Part shown: one piece after another, positions 15,211-26,605 of the stretch | How positions within the stretch are numbered: position 1 is the first letter of the stretch | Layout: each line of letters opens with the position of its first letter | Assembly (NCBI GenBank): GCA_965202835.1 | Contig: CBDBCA010000006.1 | Coordinates: 806,035 to 870,034, forward strand | Length of the DNA: 64,000 nt | Origin: Alphaproteobacteria bacterium | GTDB taxonomy: Bacteria > Pseudomonadota > Alphaproteobacteria > MPNO01 | Direction of reading: 5' to 3' | Notes under the pieces: generated by a model | What the model saw: the letters and a program-made list of their open reading frames with translations, nothing else | What the model was told of the DNA's origin: nothing | Databases searched by the model: none | Translations under genes and position numbers: made by a program

Positions 15211-15729
15211 ATGGAGCCGCCCGTTCGCGAGGAACGCGGCGTCAACGAGGCGATCCGGGCTCAGGCCGTCAGGGTCGTCGATACCAACGGCACCGTGCTC
15301 GGTGTCTTCCCCACCGCGGATGCGATCGAACTTGCCGCCGAACGCGGGCTCGACCTCGTCGAGGTGTCGCCCAACGCGGACCCGCCGGTCTGCAAGATCC
15401 TCGACTACGGCAAGCTCAAATACGAGACCCAGAAAAAGAAGACCGAGGCGCGCAAGAAGCAGAAGACGATCGAGGTCAAGGAGATCAAGCTCCGCCCGGC
15501 GATCGACCGGCACGACTACGACGTCAAGATGCGCTTCATCCGCCGCTTCCTCGACGAGGGCGACAAGGTCAAGGTCACCATGCGCTTCCGCGGCCGCGAG
15601 ATGGCGCACCAGGATCTCGGCCTGAAGGTGCTTTTTCGGGTGCGCGACGAGCTTGAGGAGCTCGCCAAGGTCGAGCAGCTTCCCAAGATGGAAGGCCGGC
15701 AGATGGTCATGGTGATGGCGCCCAAATAG
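15211..15729 (+). CDS. infC: translation initiation factor IF-3 (true start probably a non-AUG codon slightly upstream)
   Basis: 172 aa from the ATG at 15211, with clear IF-3 N- and C-domain sequence. An in-frame ATA at 15193 lies 7 nt after a GGAGA Shine-Dalgarno at 15181-15185 (see findings). Confidence 0.9.
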   Translation: MEPPVREERGVNEAIRAQAVRVVDTNGTVLGVFPTADAIELAAERGLDLVEVSPNADPPVCKILDYGKLKYETQKKKTEARKKQKTIEVKEIKLRPAIDRHDYDVKMRFIRRFLDEGDKVKVTMRFRGREMAHQDLGLKVLFRVRDELEELAKVEQLPKMEGRQMVMVMAPK

Positions 15730-15880
15730 GGGCTGCCACTCGCTTGCGTGGCGCGTCCCGCGCCGCTATAACCCGCCGTCTGTTTGGGATCGTCCGGCGA
15801 GGCGGCCGGACCCGACCGGGTCCGGAACCGCGGGGCATGCCGAGGCGGTCCGCGTTTTCACGTCCCGGACGGAGGATGAA

Positions 15881-16078
15881 ATGCCCAAGCTCAAGTCCAA
15901 GAGCGGGGCGAAGAAACGGTTTCGCACAACCGCGACCGGCAAGATGCGGTCGAACTTCGCCTTCAAGCGGCACAACTTGCGCAAGCGCACGCAGAAGATG
16001 AAGCGGAAGGCGCGTGGGACCCGCATCATGGCGCCCGAAGACGCCAGGATCGTGAAGTCCTACCTGCCCTACCCCTGA
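15881..16078 (+). CDS. rpmI: 50S ribosomal protein L35
   Basis: 65 aa starting [14 protein letters not shown]..., with a GGAGG Shine-Dalgarno at 15871. Confidence 0.95.
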   Translation: MPKLKSKSGAKKRFRTTATGKMRSNFAFKRHNLRKRTQKMKRKARGTRIMAPEDARIVKSYLPYP

Positions 16079-16088
16079 GGAGCGCGCC

Positions 16089-16448
16089 ATGGCCAGAGTC
16101 AAGCGCGGCGTGACCGCCCACGCCCGGCACAAGAAGGTCCTCGACCTCGCGGCCGGCTACCGGGAACGCAACCGCACCAGCTTCCGCGTGGCGATCGAGC
16201 GGGTCGAAAAGGGGCTGCAATACGCCTACCGCGACCGGCGCAACCGCAAGCGCAGTTTCCGCGCCCTTTGGATCCAGCGCATCAACGCCGGCGTTCGCCA
16301 GCACGGTCTCACCTATTCCCAGTTCATGAACGGCGTGAAGCGGGCGGGGATCGAGGTCGACCGGAAAATGCTGGCCGATCTTGCCGTGCGCGAACCCGAT
16401 GCGTTCAAGGCGATCGTCGAGCAGGCGCAAGCGGCGCTTGCGGACTAG
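16089..16448 (+). CDS. rplT: 50S ribosomal protein L20
   Basis: 119 aa starting [18 protein letters not shown]... Confidence 0.95.
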   Translation: MARVKRGVTAHARHKKVLDLAAGYRERNRTSFRVAIERVEKGLQYAYRDRRNRKRSFRALWIQRINAGVRQHGLTYSQFMNGVKRAGIEVDRKMLADLAVREPDAFKAIVEQAQAALAD

Positions 16449-16497
16449 GCGGGCGGGGGCCCGCTTCCCGGCGGGCTGAAAACCGGCGGGTCTTTGG

Positions 16498-17571
16498 ATG
16501 GACGACCTCGAACAGCTTCGTTCGGATTTGCTGACGCGGATCGAGGCGGCCGGCCTCGACGATCTGGAATCGCTCCGCGTCGAGACCCTCGGCCGCAGGG
16601 GCCGCGTGACCGCGCTGATGAAGGAGCTCGGCACGCTCCCGCCTGAGGACCGGCGGGAAGCCGGCCAGGCGCTCAACGCGCTCAAGACCGTTGTGACCGA
16701 AGCCATGGACGTGCGTCGTGCGGCTCTGGAGGCGGGCGCACTCGATTCCCGCCTCTCCGATGAGACGATCGACGTTTCGTTGCCGCCCAGGCCCGAGCCG
16801 GAAGGGCGCGTCCATCCCATCAGCCAGGCCATCGACGAGATCGTGGCGATCTTCTGCCAAATGGGGTTCGCGGTCGCCGAAGGGCCCGACATCGAGGACG
16901 ATTTCCACAACTTCACCGCGCTGAACATCCCGCCCGAGCATCCCGCCCGGCAGGACCACGACACGTTCTACTTCGAGGAGGGCGAGGACGGCGAACGGCT
17001 GCTGCTCCGGACCCATACGTCGCCGGTTCAGATCCGCACCATGCTCGTACAGAAGCCGCCGATCCGCATCATCGTGCCGGGCCGCACCTACCGCGCCGAC
17101 CACGACGCCACCCATTCGCCGATGTTCCACCAGGTCGAGGGGCTGGTGATCGACGAGGAGACCCATATGGGCCACCTCAAGGGCTGCCTGATCGAGTTCT
17201 GCCGCGCGTTCTTCGGCGTCGACGACCTGCCGGTCCGTTTCCGGCCGAGCTTCTTCCCCTTCACCGAGCCGTCGGCGGAGGTCGACATCGGCTGCAGCAG
17301 GTCGGCGGACGGACTCACCATCGGCGCCGGGGACGGCTGGCTCGAAATCCTCGGCAGCGGGATGGTCCATCCCAAGGTGCTGGAGAACTGCAACATCGAC
17401 CCGTCGCGCTACCAGGGCTTCGCCTTCGGCATGGGCGTGGAGCGCGTCGCGATGCTCAAATACGGCATCCCGGATCTGCGGACTTTCTTCGACTCCGATC
17501 TCCGCTGGCTCCGCCATTACGGATTTTCGGCGCTCGACATGCCGAACGTCGCCGCTGGGTTCGCACAGTGA
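16498..17571 (+). CDS. pheS: phenylalanine--tRNA ligase alpha subunit
   Basis: 357 aa with class II motifs ([22 protein letters not shown]). Confidence 0.95.
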   Translation: MDDLEQLRSDLLTRIEAAGLDDLESLRVETLGRRGRVTALMKELGTLPPEDRREAGQALNALKTVVTEAMDVRRAALEAGALDSRLSDETIDVSLPPRPEPEGRVHPISQAIDEIVAIFCQMGFAVAEGPDIEDDFHNFTALNIPPEHPARQDHDTFYFEEGEDGERLLLRTHTSPVQIRTMLVQKPPIRIIVPGRTYRADHDATHSPMFHQVEGLVIDEETHMGHLKGCLIEFCRAFFGVDDLPVRFRPSFFPFTEPSAEVDIGCSRSADGLTIGAGDGWLEILGSGMVHPKVLENCNIDPSRYQGFAFGMGVERVAMLKYGIPDLRTFFDSDLRWLRHYGFSALDMPNVAAGFAQ

Positions 17572-19967
17572 AATTCACCCTTTCCTGGCTCCGCGATCAC
17601 CTCGACACGGACGCCCCGCTCCAGGCGATTAGCGATCGCCTCTCCATGATCGGGCTCGAAGTCGAGGCGGTGGACGACCCCGCCGCCGCGCTGGCGGATT
17701 TCGTGGTCGGCGACGTGATCGAGGCGGGGCCGCACCCCAACGCCGACCGGCTCAGCGTCTGCACCGTCGATATCGGCGGCGGCGAACACTTCGACGTGGT
17801 GTGCGGCGCGCCGAATGCGCGTGCCGGCATGAAGGGCGTGTTCGCGCGCGAGGGGCTGGTCATTCCCGGGACCGGAGCGAAGCTCAAGAAATCCAAGATC
17901 CGCGGCGTCGAGAGCCGCGGCATGCTCTGTTCCGAACGCGAGCTGGGGCTGTCCGACGAGCACGAGGGCATCATCGATCTCCCCGGTGACCACGCCGCCG
18001 GCACGCCCGCGGCCGAGGCGCTCGGAATCGGCGATCCCGCCATCGAGGTCGGGCTGACGCCCAACCGCCCGGATTGCGCAGGCGTCCGCGGAATCGCCCG
18101 AGACCTCGCGGCGGCCGGAATGGGGACGCTCAGGCCGCTCGACACGGCGCCGGTCGAAGGCAGCTTCGAGAGTCCGTTCTCGTGGCGGCGCGATTTCGCG
18201 CCCGGCGACGGCGATGCGTGCCCCTTCGTGGTCGGGCGGACCTTCCGCGACGTACGCAACGGCCCGAGCCCCAAATGGCTCCAGGACCGGCTGATCGCGA
18301 TCGGGCTCAGGCCGATTTCCGCGCTGGTCGATATCACCAACTACGTCACCTTCGACCTCGCGCGCCCGCTCCATGTCTTCGACGCCGACAAGCTGGCAAG
18401 CGATCCCACCATGCGGTTCGCGAGGGAAGGAGAAGGCGTGGCAGCGCTCGACGGGCGGGCCTACACCCTCGATCCGTCGATGACGGTGATCGCCGACGAC
18501 AGCGGGGCGCTCGCCATCGGCGGGGTGATGGGCGGCGAGGACACCGGCTGCGGCGAAGACACGACGAGCGTGTTCCTCGAGGTCGCGCTTTTCGATCCGG
18601 TGCGGACCGCCGCCACCGGGCGCAAGCTCGGCATTCTCTCCGATGCCCGCTACCGGTTCGAACGCGGGGTCGATCCGACATCGGCGCTCTGGGGGGCGGA
18701 GATCGCGGCCCGGCTGATCCTCGACATCTGCGGCGGCGAGGCGAGCGCTCTTACCATGGCCGGTGAGATGCCCGATCACGGCCGCAGCATCGCGCTGCGC
18801 AAGTCGCGCATTGCCACGCTCGGCGGGGTCGCGGTCGGGGACGGGGCCGCGCAACGGATCCTGGGCGATCTCGGTTTCGAAATCGAGGACGAGGGCGACG
18901 GCCTTAACGCTACCGTGCCGCCCTGGCGGCCGGATATCGAGGGCGAGGCGGATCTCGTCGAGGAGGTGCTGCGGATCAACGGCTTCGAGGCGATTCCCGC
19001 GGTGCCGCTGCGCGCCGCTACGGCGGTGCCGGGCGCGGCCTGGTCGCGGGAGCAATCCCGGCGCGGCCGCGTGAGGCGCGCTCTGGCGGCGCGCGGGCTG
19101 ACCGAGGCGGTGACCTTCTCCTTCATATCCGGCGAGAAGGCCGAAGCCTTCGGCGCCGATACATCGCTTCGCCTCGCCAATCCCATCAGCGTCGATCTCG
19201 CGCAGATGCGCGCGTCGATCCTGCCCAACCTGCTGGATGCCGCGGCGCGGAATGCGGCGCGCGGAATCGCCGATATCGCCCTGTTCGAGATCGGACCGCA
19301 ATTCGGGAGCGGCAAGGGGAGACAATCCCAGGCGGCCTGCGGGCTCCGCGTCGGCGGGACGGCGCCGCGGCATTGGGCCGGAACCCGCGCCGACGTGGAT
19401 GCCTACCACGCCAAGGCCGACGCGCTGGCGGCGCTCGAGGCGGCGGGCGTCGCCGCGCACAATCTCCGCATCGGCGACGACGTGCCGGGCTGGTACCACC
19501 CCGGCCGCGGGGCGGCGCTCATGCTCGGCCCGAAGCCGCTCGCCCGGTTCGGCGAAGTGCACCCGGCGATGCTGGAGCGTTTCGACGTTCGGGGGCCTGC
19601 CTCCGCCTTCGAGGTCCTGCTCGACGACGTTCCCGTGCGCAAGGCGGCGAAGACCGCGTCCCGTCCGATGCTTCATCTGGCGACGCTGCAGCCGGTGGAA
19701 CGGGATTTCGCCTTCGTGGTCGACGACGCGACACCCGGCGCGGCGCTCGCCATGGCCGCGCGGGGTGCCGACAAGGCACTGATCGCCGATGTCGCGCTGT
19801 TCGACGTCTACCGGGGTCCGGAGCTCGGGAAAGGCAGGAAATCCGTAGCGCTCTGCGTCACCCTGCAGCCCCGGGTTGCGACACTGACGGACGCGGAAAT
19901 CGAGGCGGTCGGCGAGCGGATCGTCGCGGCGGTTTCCAAGGCGACGGGGGCCGTCCTGCGAGGCTGA
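17568..19967 (+). CDS. pheT: phenylalanine--tRNA ligase beta subunit
   Basis: 799 aa with a 4-nt overlap with pheS. It starts [12 protein letters not shown] and has the B3/4, B5 and FDX-ACB domain pattern. Confidence 0.95.
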   Translation: MKFTLSWLRDHLDTDAPLQAISDRLSMIGLEVEAVDDPAAALADFVVGDVIEAGPHPNADRLSVCTVDIGGGEHFDVVCGAPNARAGMKGVFAREGLVIPGTGAKLKKSKIRGVESRGMLCSERELGLSDEHEGIIDLPGDHAAGTPAAEALGIGDPAIEVGLTPNRPDCAGVRGIARDLAAAGMGTLRPLDTAPVEGSFESPFSWRRDFAPGDGDACPFVVGRTFRDVRNGPSPKWLQDRLIAIGLRPISALVDITNYVTFDLARPLHVFDADKLASDPTMRFAREGEGVAALDGRAYTLDPSMTVIADDSGALAIGGVMGGEDTGCGEDTTSVFLEVALFDPVRTAATGRKLGILSDARYRFERGVDPTSALWGAEIAARLILDICGGEASALTMAGEMPDHGRSIALRKSRIATLGGVAVGDGAAQRILGDLGFEIEDEGDGLNATVPPWRPDIEGEADLVEEVLRINGFEAIPAVPLRAATAVPGAAWSREQSRRGRVRRALAARGLTEAVTFSFISGEKAEAFGADTSLRLANPISVDLAQMRASILPNLLDAAARNAARGIADIALFEIGPQFGSGKGRQSQAACGLRVGGTAPRHWAGTRADVDAYHAKADALAALEAAGVAAHNLRIGDDVPGWYHPGRGAALMLGPKPLARFGEVHPAMLERFDVRGPASAFEVLLDDVPVRKAAKTASRPMLHLATLQPVERDFAFVVDDATPGAALAMAARGADKALIADVALFDVYRGPELGKGRKSVALCVTLQPRVATLTDAEIEAVGERIVAAVSKATGAVLRG

Positions 19968-19972
19968 CCGGG

Positions 19973-21775
19973 ATGACCGATCTCTCGCATATCCGCAACT
20001 TCGCCATCATCGCCCATATCGACCACGGCAAGTCGACGCTCGCCGACCGCCTGATCCTGACCTGCGGCGGGGTCGAGGAGCGCGAGTTCCGCGACCAGAT
20101 ACTCGACACCATGGAGCTGGAGCGCGAGCGCGGCATCACCATCAAGGCGCAGACCGTGCGCCTGCCCTACAGGGCGCGGAACGGCCGGACCTATCAGCTC
20201 AACCTGATGGACACGCCGGGCCATGTCGATTTCACCTACGAGGTCTCCCGCTCCCTTGCCGCCTGCGAAGGCTCGATCCTGGTCGTCGATTCGACCCAGG
20301 GGGTCGAGGCGCAGACTCTCGCCAACGCCTATCTCGCGATCGACGCCAACCACGAGATCGTCCCTGTCCTCAACAAGATCGACCTGCCCGCCTCCGAACC
20401 CGTGAGGATCCAGACCCAGGTGGAGGACGTGATCGGACTCGCCGCCAAAGACTGCATCGCCGTCTCGGCCAAGACCGGCGAGGGGATCGAAGACGTGCTC
20501 GAAGCGCTGATCGCACGCCTTCCGCCGCCCGAGGGCGACCGGGATGCTCCGCTCAGCGCGCTGCTGGTGGATTCCTGGTACGACGCCTATCTCGGCGTCA
20601 TCATCCTGGTCCGCGTGCGGCACGGCGCGCTCCAGCGCGGCATGAAGGTCAGGACGATGGCGACCGGCGCGGTCCACCAGATCGACCGCGTGGGCACCTT
20701 CACCCCGAAGCGCGCCGAGGTCGACACCCTCGGCCCGGGCGAGATCGGCTTCATCACCGCCAGCATCAAGCACGTCGCCGAAACCCAGGTGGGCGACACG
20801 ATCACCGAGGAGCGCCGTCCCACCGATGCGCCGCTTCCGGGCTTCCGGCCCAGCGTGCCGGTGGTGTTTTGCGGTCTGTTCCCGGTCGACGCGGCGGATT
20901 ACGAGGATTTGCGCGAAAGCCTCGCGCGGCTGCGGCTCAACGACTCGAGCTTTCACTACGAGCCCGAGACTTCGGCGGCGCTCGGTTTCGGGTTCCGCTG
21001 CGGCTTCCTCGGCCTGCTCCATCTCGAGATCGTCCAGGAACGCCTGTCGCGCGAATTCGACCTGGACCTCGTCACCACCGCGCCCTCGGTGGTCTACCGG
21101 GTTCATACCAATGACGGCGAGGTCGAGGAGATCCACAACCCGGCCGATATGCCCGACCCGGTGCGCATCCGGAAGATCGAGGAGCCCTGGATCAAGGCGA
21201 CGATCATGGTGCCCGACGCCTATCTCGGCGCCGTATTGGCGCTTTGCGAGGACCGCCGGGGCACGCAGATCGAGCTCACCTATGTCGGCGGGCGGGCTAT
21301 GGTGGTCTACCGGCTGCCGCTGAACGAGGTGGTGTTCGATTTCTACGACCGGCTCAAATCGGTGAGCCGGGGTTATGCCAGCTTCGACTACCAGCTCGAA
21401 GCCTACGAGGAGGGCGACCTGGTCAAGCTGGCGATCCTGGTCAACGCCGAGCCGGTCGACGCGCTGTCGATGATCGTCCACCGCGGCCGGTCCGAACAGC
21501 GCGGCCGGGCGATCTGCGTCCGGCTCAAGGACCTGATCCCGCGCCAGCTCTTCAAGGTGCCGCTCCAGGCCGCGATCGGCGGCAAGGTCATCGCGCGCGA
21601 GACCATCAGCGCGCTCAGGAAGGACGTGACCGCCAAGTGCTATGGCGGCGACGTGACCCGCAAGCGCAAGCTCCTCGAACGCCAGAAAGAGGGCAAGAAG
21701 CGGATGCGCCAGTTCGGCCAGGTCGAGATCCCGCAATCGGCCTTCATCGACGCGCTCCGCATCGGCGACGACTAG
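19973..21775 (+). CDS. lepA: elongation factor 4 (LepA)
   Basis: Start at the ATG at 19973 ([26 protein letters not shown]). The sequence upstream of this ATG in the ORF track overlaps pheT and is not coding. The product is 600 aa. Confidence 0.95.
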   Translation: MTDLSHIRNFAIIAHIDHGKSTLADRLILTCGGVEEREFRDQILDTMELERERGITIKAQTVRLPYRARNGRTYQLNLMDTPGHVDFTYEVSRSLAACEGSILVVDSTQGVEAQTLANAYLAIDANHEIVPVLNKIDLPASEPVRIQTQVEDVIGLAAKDCIAVSAKTGEGIEDVLEALIARLPPPEGDRDAPLSALLVDSWYDAYLGVIILVRVRHGALQRGMKVRTMATGAVHQIDRVGTFTPKRAEVDTLGPGEIGFITASIKHVAETQVGDTITEERRPTDAPLPGFRPSVPVVFCGLFPVDAADYEDLRESLARLRLNDSSFHYEPETSAALGFGFRCGFLGLLHLEIVQERLSREFDLDLVTTAPSVVYRVHTNDGEVEEIHNPADMPDPVRIRKIEEPWIKATIMVPDAYLGAVLALCEDRRGTQIELTYVGGRAMVVYRLPLNEVVFDFYDRLKSVSRGYASFDYQLEAYEEGDLVKLAILVNAEPVDALSMIVHRGRSEQRGRAICVRLKDLIPRQLFKVPLQAAIGGKVIARETISALRKDVTAKCYGGDVTRKRKLLERQKEGKKRMRQFGQVEIPQSAFIDALRIGDD

Positions 21776-21820
21776 AGTCTGTCTGTTTCAGATAGAAGCG
21801 CTGCCACCCTTGCTTCCTAA

Positions 21821-21842
21821 CCGTCATGGTCGACCATGACGG
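21821..21842. terminator. Perfect 22-bp palindrome CCGTCATGGTCGACCATGACGG between the convergent lepA and amidase genes (candidate bidirectional terminator hairpin)
   Basis: Read directly from the sequence. There is no clear U-tract on either side, so the terminator call is tentative. Confidence 0.35.
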
Positions 21843-21894
21843 AAGAAAATGGACAAGGCGGTTCCAACTAAACCAGACACGCTATAGGCCCAGG

Positions 21895-23232
21895 CTACAG
21901 CACCGTCAGCAACCCTGCCGCCGCGCCGAACAGCGCCGCGTCCTGGTTGACGAAACCCATCGCCTGCAGGCCGAGCGGAAGGCCGTCGACCTCCATCACC
22001 GGCATCGTCAGGGCGGGGATGCCAAGGAGCGAGGCGGGAACGTTGAACACCGGATCGCCGGTCGATCCGAGGCCGACCGGCGCCGGTCCGGTGGCACCCA
22101 GCGTGATGGAAATTTCGAAATACTCGCCGAGGGCGGCCCACGAGGCGCGTGCGCGGTCGCGGTCCGCGAGCAGCCCCCGGTATTGCTCCTGCGTCATCCC
22201 CTCGGCCTCGGCGAGGCGGTCGGTCGAGACCTCGCTCAGCCCGGACCGGTCCATGTCCCTGGCATAGGTGTTGAGCGGCCAGCGGGTCTCCCAGGCGTTG
22301 ACGCTGCGCGCCAGCGGGACCGCGTTCGCGATCGCGTCCTCGACGCCCGCGACCGTCTCGTCCGACCGGCGGTCGGCGCATTCGATGCCCGCCGCCTCCA
22401 GCTTCTCGCGAACCGACGAAAACGCGGCCTTGGCGGCGTCCCCCGCGACCTCCCAGCCCGCGGTCTCCAGCACCGCGATACGGCCCGGCCGTCTGGCGGC
22501 GGGGCGCACCATGGGGCCCGAAACCCCCGGATAGCCGGGGTCGCCGCCGCATCGCGCCGATATTGCCCGCGCCACCACCCAGGTCTCGTCGATGGTGGCG
22601 GCGATCGTCCCGGTGCAGCTCTGGCTGAATACGTCGAAGCTGCCGCCCCGGTTGATGCCGCCGACGCTCGGCTTGAAGCCGAATACGCCGCAATAGCTCG
22701 ACGGGCGCAGGATGGAGCCGATCACCTGGGTGCCGAGCGCCGCGGGCACCATGCCGCAGGCGACTGACGCGGCCGACCCGCTGCTCGATCCGCCCGGCGT
22801 GCGCGACAGGTCCCACGGGTTGCGGGTGCCGCGCGGCTCGGTGGCGGCGAACTCGGTGGTCACGGTCTTGCCGACGATCACCGCGCCCGCTTCGCGCAAG
22901 GCCGCGACCGCCGCCGCGTCGCGCTTGCCTTCCCAGCCGGCGAAGAGCGGCGAGCCCTGCTCGGTCGCCATGTCGGCGGTCTCCATGATGTCCTTGATAC
23001 CGACCGGCATTCCGTCGATGGCGGACAGCGGCCGGCCGTCCTTCCACCGCGCCGAGGCTTCGTCCGCCGCCGCGCGGGCGGCATCGCGGTTGACGCTCAC
23101 GAATGCGCCGACCTCTCCGTCGTCCGCCTCGATCTGCGCGATGCAGCGTTCGAGAAATTCGCGCGGGCTGTCCTTGCCGGCGGCGAAGGCCGCGGTTGCC
23201 GTGAAGTAGGACCGGGATTCGGGACGGGTCAT
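21895..23232 (-). CDS. amidase (amidase-signature family)
   Basis: 445 aa with a 'GGSSSGSAA' amidase-signature motif and the Ser-cisSer-Lys pattern. Confidence 0.85.
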   Translation of the reverse strand: MTRPESRSYFTATAAFAAGKDSPREFLERCIAQIEADDGEVGAFVSVNRDAARAAADEASARWKDGRPLSAIDGMPVGIKDIMETADMATEQGSPLFAGWEGKRDAAAVAALREAGAVIVGKTVTTEFAATEPRGTRNPWDLSRTPGGSSSGSAASVACGMVPAALGTQVIGSILRPSSYCGVFGFKPSVGGINRGGSFDVFSQSCTGTIAATIDETWVVARAISARCGGDPGYPGVSGPMVRPAARRPGRIAVLETAGWEVAGDAAKAAFSSVREKLEAAGIECADRRSDETVAGVEDAIANAVPLARSVNAWETRWPLNTYARDMDRSGLSEVSTDRLAEAEGMTQEQYRGLLADRDRARASWAALGEYFEISITLGATGPAPVGLGSTGDPVFNVPASLLGIPALTMPVMEVDGLPLGLQAMGFVNQDAALFGAAAGLLTVL

Positions 23233-23262
23233 TGCGATGCCTTTCCTTCGGGGACCGCCGCG

Positions 23263-24567
23263 CTATTCGATCATCCTGTTGGGCAGGAAGAGCGCGATCT
23301 CGGGGAATACGACGAGTACCGCCATGCATACCACCATCGCCGCCCAGAATGGCATGATGCCGATGAAGATGTCGCGCATCGGCACGTCCTCGGCGATCCC
23401 CTTGACGACGAAGACGTTGACGCCGACCGGCGGGCTGATCAGCCCCATCTCCAGCACGATCACCATCAGCACGCCGAACCAGATGGGATCGTATCCCAGC
23501 TCGACGATCAGGGGATGGACGATGGGGAGGGTCAGCACCAGGATCGCGAAGCCCTCAAGAAACGTGCCGAGGAGGATGAACACGGCGAGCAGAATGGCGA
23601 GGATGCCGAGCCGGGGGAGCTCCGTGCCGATGAGCAGTTCCGCGAGGTCGCTCGGGATATGGGTGAGCGCCAGAAACGGGTTGAAGATATGCGCCCCGAT
23701 CAGGATCAGGAATGCGAAGGCGCTGGTCCGCACGGTCTCCAGCAGGGTGAAGTTGAGCGAAGAAGGCGAAACGCTCCGGCGCGCGAGCGCCAGCAGGAAG
23801 GCGAGGAACGCGCCGACCCCGGCGGCCTCGCCGGCGGTGAAAAAGCCGGAATAGATGCCGCCGATGGTGACGGCGACGATGCCGATCATCGCGGTCGCCC
23901 GCGCGGTCGTGCGGAACCGCTGCGCCAATGGGAGCACGGGTCCGGGCGGGCCGAGGGCGGGCCGGAATCTGGTCTGGATCGCGATGGCGACCATGAACAG
24001 AGCCGTGAGCAACAGGCCGGGGAGGACGCCCGCGAGAAACAGCCGGCCGATCGATTCCTCGGTCAGGATGGCGTAGATCACGAACCCGGTGGAAGGCGGT
24101 ATCAGGATGCCGAGCGTGCCGCCCGCCGCGATCGCGCCGGTGGCGAGCCTGGGGTGGTAGGCGTAGCGCCGCATCTCCGGTAGGGCGACGCGGCCCATCG
24201 TCACCGCCGAGGCGACCGACGAGCCCGAAAGCGCCGCGAACCCCGCGCAGGCCGCGATGGTCGCCGAGGCGAGGCCGCCCCGCCAATGGCCGAACCAGGC
24301 GTAAGCCGCGCCGTAAAGGTCGCGGCTCATCCCCGACATCGAAGCGAGATTCCCCATCAGCACGAACATCGGGATGATCATCAGCTCGAAATTGGACGCG
24401 ATGACGAAGGGCTCGCTGCCCAGCGTGGCGAACGCCGCCGGCAAGCCGTTCATCACGGCGATCCCGACGAAGCCCACCAGCATCATCACGATCCCGACCG
24501 GCATACGGATGGCGAGGAGTCCGAACAGCGCGAGGATGCCGATGACGCCGATCAGCGAGTTACTCAT
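23263..24567 (-). CDS. dctM: TRAP transporter large permease
   Basis: 434-aa polytopic protein. It overlaps the upstream small-permease gene by 8 nt. Confidence 0.85.
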   Translation of the reverse strand: MSNSLIGVIGILALFGLLAIRMPVGIVMMLVGFVGIAVMNGLPAAFATLGSEPFVIASNFELMIIPMFVLMGNLASMSGMSRDLYGAAYAWFGHWRGGLASATIAACAGFAALSGSSVASAVTMGRVALPEMRRYAYHPRLATGAIAAGGTLGILIPPSTGFVIYAILTEESIGRLFLAGVLPGLLLTALFMVAIAIQTRFRPALGPPGPVLPLAQRFRTTARATAMIGIVAVTIGGIYSGFFTAGEAAGVGAFLAFLLALARRSVSPSSLNFTLLETVRTSAFAFLILIGAHIFNPFLALTHIPSDLAELLIGTELPRLGILAILLAVFILLGTFLEGFAILVLTLPIVHPLIVELGYDPIWFGVLMVIVLEMGLISPPVGVNVFVVKGIAEDVPMRDIFIGIMPFWAAMVVCMAVLVVFPEIALFLPNRMIE

Positions 24568-25078
24568 CGGATGCCCGTCTCGCGATCTCGGGGAAGCCGT
24601 AAGCCGAGCGAAGGCCGAGCACGACGAGAACGCACGCGAATACCAGCGACCCGAAGGCGATCACGAAATAGAACGGAAAATGCGGGATATCGAGGAGGTT
24701 GAACCCGCCGCCGAACTCGAGCGCGTCAAATCCCTGGCCAAGGCTCTGCCACGCGACGACGAGGAAGAACAGCCCGCACACGATGCGAACCGCGGCGTCC
24801 ATGACGGCGAGCCTTCGCGCGGAGACGAAGTTGCCGATCAGGTCGACCGCGATGTGGCCGCCCGTCCAGCCCGAATAGGCCATGGCGAAGAACACCACGA
24901 TCGTCAGCCCCGCTTCCGACAGGTCCTGGGTGCCGAGGATCGGATCGTTGAACTTCCGCAGCGTCACCGCGACGACGGTGAGCGCCATCAGGCACATCAG
25001 CATCGCCCCGCCGACGATCGCCATCAGGCGAACGCCCGCGCCGAGGGTTCCCGAAAGCCGCTCCAGGCTGGCGCGCAA
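24560..25078 (-). CDS. dctQ: TRAP transporter small permease
   Basis: 172 aa with 4 TM segments, located between dctP and dctM. Confidence 0.8.
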   Translation of the reverse strand: MRASLERLSGTLGAGVRLMAIVGGAMLMCLMALTVVAVTLRKFNDPILGTQDLSEAGLTIVVFFAMAYSGWTGGHIAVDLIGNFVSARRLAVMDAAVRIVCGLFFLVVAWQSLGQGFDALEFGGGFNLLDIPHFPFYFVIAFGSLVFACVLVVLGLRSAYGFPEIARRASDE

Positions 25079-25093
25079 GAGCCGGCGCCGGGA

Positions 25094-26131
25094 TCAGCTT
25101 CCAGCCACCCCCATCGCCTTCAGTATCCTGCTCGCCGGTACGCCGCTTCCGTCGAGCGACTTGACCTGCGCTTCCCGGGCCGCCATCAGCCGCTTGACAC
25201 CTTCCTGCAGCGCGGCGCCGCCGAGCGCGATGACCTCGTGCTTGCCCGAGTTGCGGACCCGGTCCAGGCCCCTGTTCCCGGCGCGCATGTAGAACCGCGC
25301 CGCGCGAAGGCTCATGGCCCGTCCCGTGGTGCGCTCCACCATCGCCTTGTGGGCGTCGGACAGCTTGTCGAAGGTCCGGTTGTTCATCACCAGGAAGAAC
25401 GGCGAGCGTCCGAGCGGCCAGCCGGTGGTGTAGTACTTTGCCACCTCGTTGAACTTGAAGCTGACGATGGTGCTGGGACCGGTCAGCACGCCGTCGATGA
25501 CGCCCGTATTCAGCGCGTTGTAGACCCGGTTGATCGGCATGAAGACCGGCACCGCGCCGAGCGCCTTGATCGCCTCGCCCTGGGTCTTCGAGGGGACCCG
25601 GAACTTGAGATCCTTCATGTCGGCGACCGAACGGATGGGCTTCTCGCGGGTCATCAGGACCTGGCGTTCGTTGGTCCAGAGCGCCAGCAGCTTGACCCGG
25701 CGGAACTCGGGCGCCAGCTCGCCCAGGGCGTTCCATAACGCGTTGGTCGCATCCGTCGACGTCGCCGCGATGCCCGGCAACTCGACCACGCCCACCCTCG
25801 GGAACAGCTTGGAGGTGAAGCCCGGCAGGCCGAAGGCGATATCCGCCACCCCGTCGACCGCGCGCTTGTATTGCGCGACCGGACCCTTGCCGAGCGCTCC
25901 GCCGGGATAAATCCGGACCCTCAGGTCTCCGCCCGACAACGTCGCCACCTCCTCCGACCACGGGCGCATGATGAAGCGGTCCATCGGATGCTTGGGCGAC
26001 ATGAAATGCGCGAGCTTGAGCTCGGTGGCGTTCGCGGCGGCGCCGAGGCCGGACAGCAGGCCCGCGGCGGCGGCGACGGCGAACGCCCCGCCCAGGGAAG
26101 CCCGGATTACGGCGGAAAATCTTGTCGGCAT
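25094..26131 (-). CDS. dctP: TRAP transporter substrate-binding protein (DctP family)
   Basis: Start at the ATG at 26131 (MPTRFSAVIRASLGGAFAVAAAAG... signal peptide). The longer ORF in the track runs across the tRNA-Ser gene and is an artefact. Confidence 0.85.
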   Translation of the reverse strand: MPTRFSAVIRASLGGAFAVAAAAGLLSGLGAAANATELKLAHFMSPKHPMDRFIMRPWSEEVATLSGGDLRVRIYPGGALGKGPVAQYKRAVDGVADIAFGLPGFTSKLFPRVGVVELPGIAATSTDATNALWNALGELAPEFRRVKLLALWTNERQVLMTREKPIRSVADMKDLKFRVPSKTQGEAIKALGAVPVFMPINRVYNALNTGVIDGVLTGPSTIVSFKFNEVAKYYTTGWPLGRSPFFLVMNNRTFDKLSDAHKAMVERTTGRAMSLRAARFYMRAGNRGLDRVRNSGKHEVIALGGAALQEGVKRLMAAREAQVKSLDGSGVPASRILKAMGVAGS

Positions 26132-26269
26132 GGGAAACCTCTTTCCTGAACCGGAAGGCGCGATGTCGTTCGACTCGTCCGGTCGATGATCGAAACCGCG
26201 CATTGCCGTGTCAACCGCGCGGCGCAGGCCGTGACACTGGTGAGAAATGCGGGCTAGAGTGCGCGCGAC

Positions 26270-26359
26270 GGAGGGGTGGCCGAGCGGCTGAAGGCGCACG
26301 CTTGGAAAGCGTGTATACCGGAAACGGTATCGTGGGTTCGAATCCCACTCCCTCCGCCA
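26270..26359 (+). tRNA. tRNA-Ser (anticodon GGA), class II, CCA encoded
   Basis: The sequence reads GGAGGGGTGGCCGAGCGGCTGAAGGCG...CTTGGAAAG...GGTTCGAATCCCACTCCCTCCGCCA, with a long variable arm. Confidence 0.9.
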
Positions 26360-26605
26360 CTCTCCTGTATTAACTCGCCGATCCATAAGATTTGATCATT
26401 ACTCGATCATGTCTATTGCCGATGGATGTTATGCTTCAACGATCGATAGCATAACTCGACTTTTTCCTGCCTCGGTCTGCGTAGCGCCAAGGCGATTCCG
26501 CATCCCTCGCTTTGCGTATCCACGGGCGTGCGATACCATAATGCGTACGCTTCCTCGGCGCTTGGAGGTATCGAGGGACCGGGAAACAGGTAGGCGGACG
26601 GAACG

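Noticed and set aside
15730-15880. Hairpins in the 150-nt infC-rpmI spacer (an 8-bp stem at 15806-15825 and a weaker stem next to the rpmI SD), which could be an L20 autoregulatory leader.
   Set aside because: L20-mediated control is established in E. coli and B. subtilis, but I cannot show an L20-binding mimic or pseudoknot here by eye. GC-rich spacers form such stems by chance.
19373-19972. A 200-codon N-terminal extension of the lepA ORF in the track.
   Set aside because: It overlaps the 3' part of pheT in another frame and is Arg/Gly-rich nonsense. The conserved LepA N-terminus ([22 protein letters not shown]) starts at the ATG at 19973, 5 nt after the pheT stop.
26132-26386. An N-terminal extension of the dctP ORF that runs across the tRNA-Ser gene.
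   Set aside because: The extension is the reverse translation of the tRNA and its flank. A signal peptide begins at the Met at 26131.
26360-26605. A lower-GC ~245-bp stretch immediately 3' of tRNA-Ser(GGA), which could be an island integration site, with the RND pump as island cargo.
   Set aside because: I could find no integrase, no repeat of the tRNA 3' end downstream, and no compositional shift in the RND genes. It is more likely just the efflux operon promoter region.
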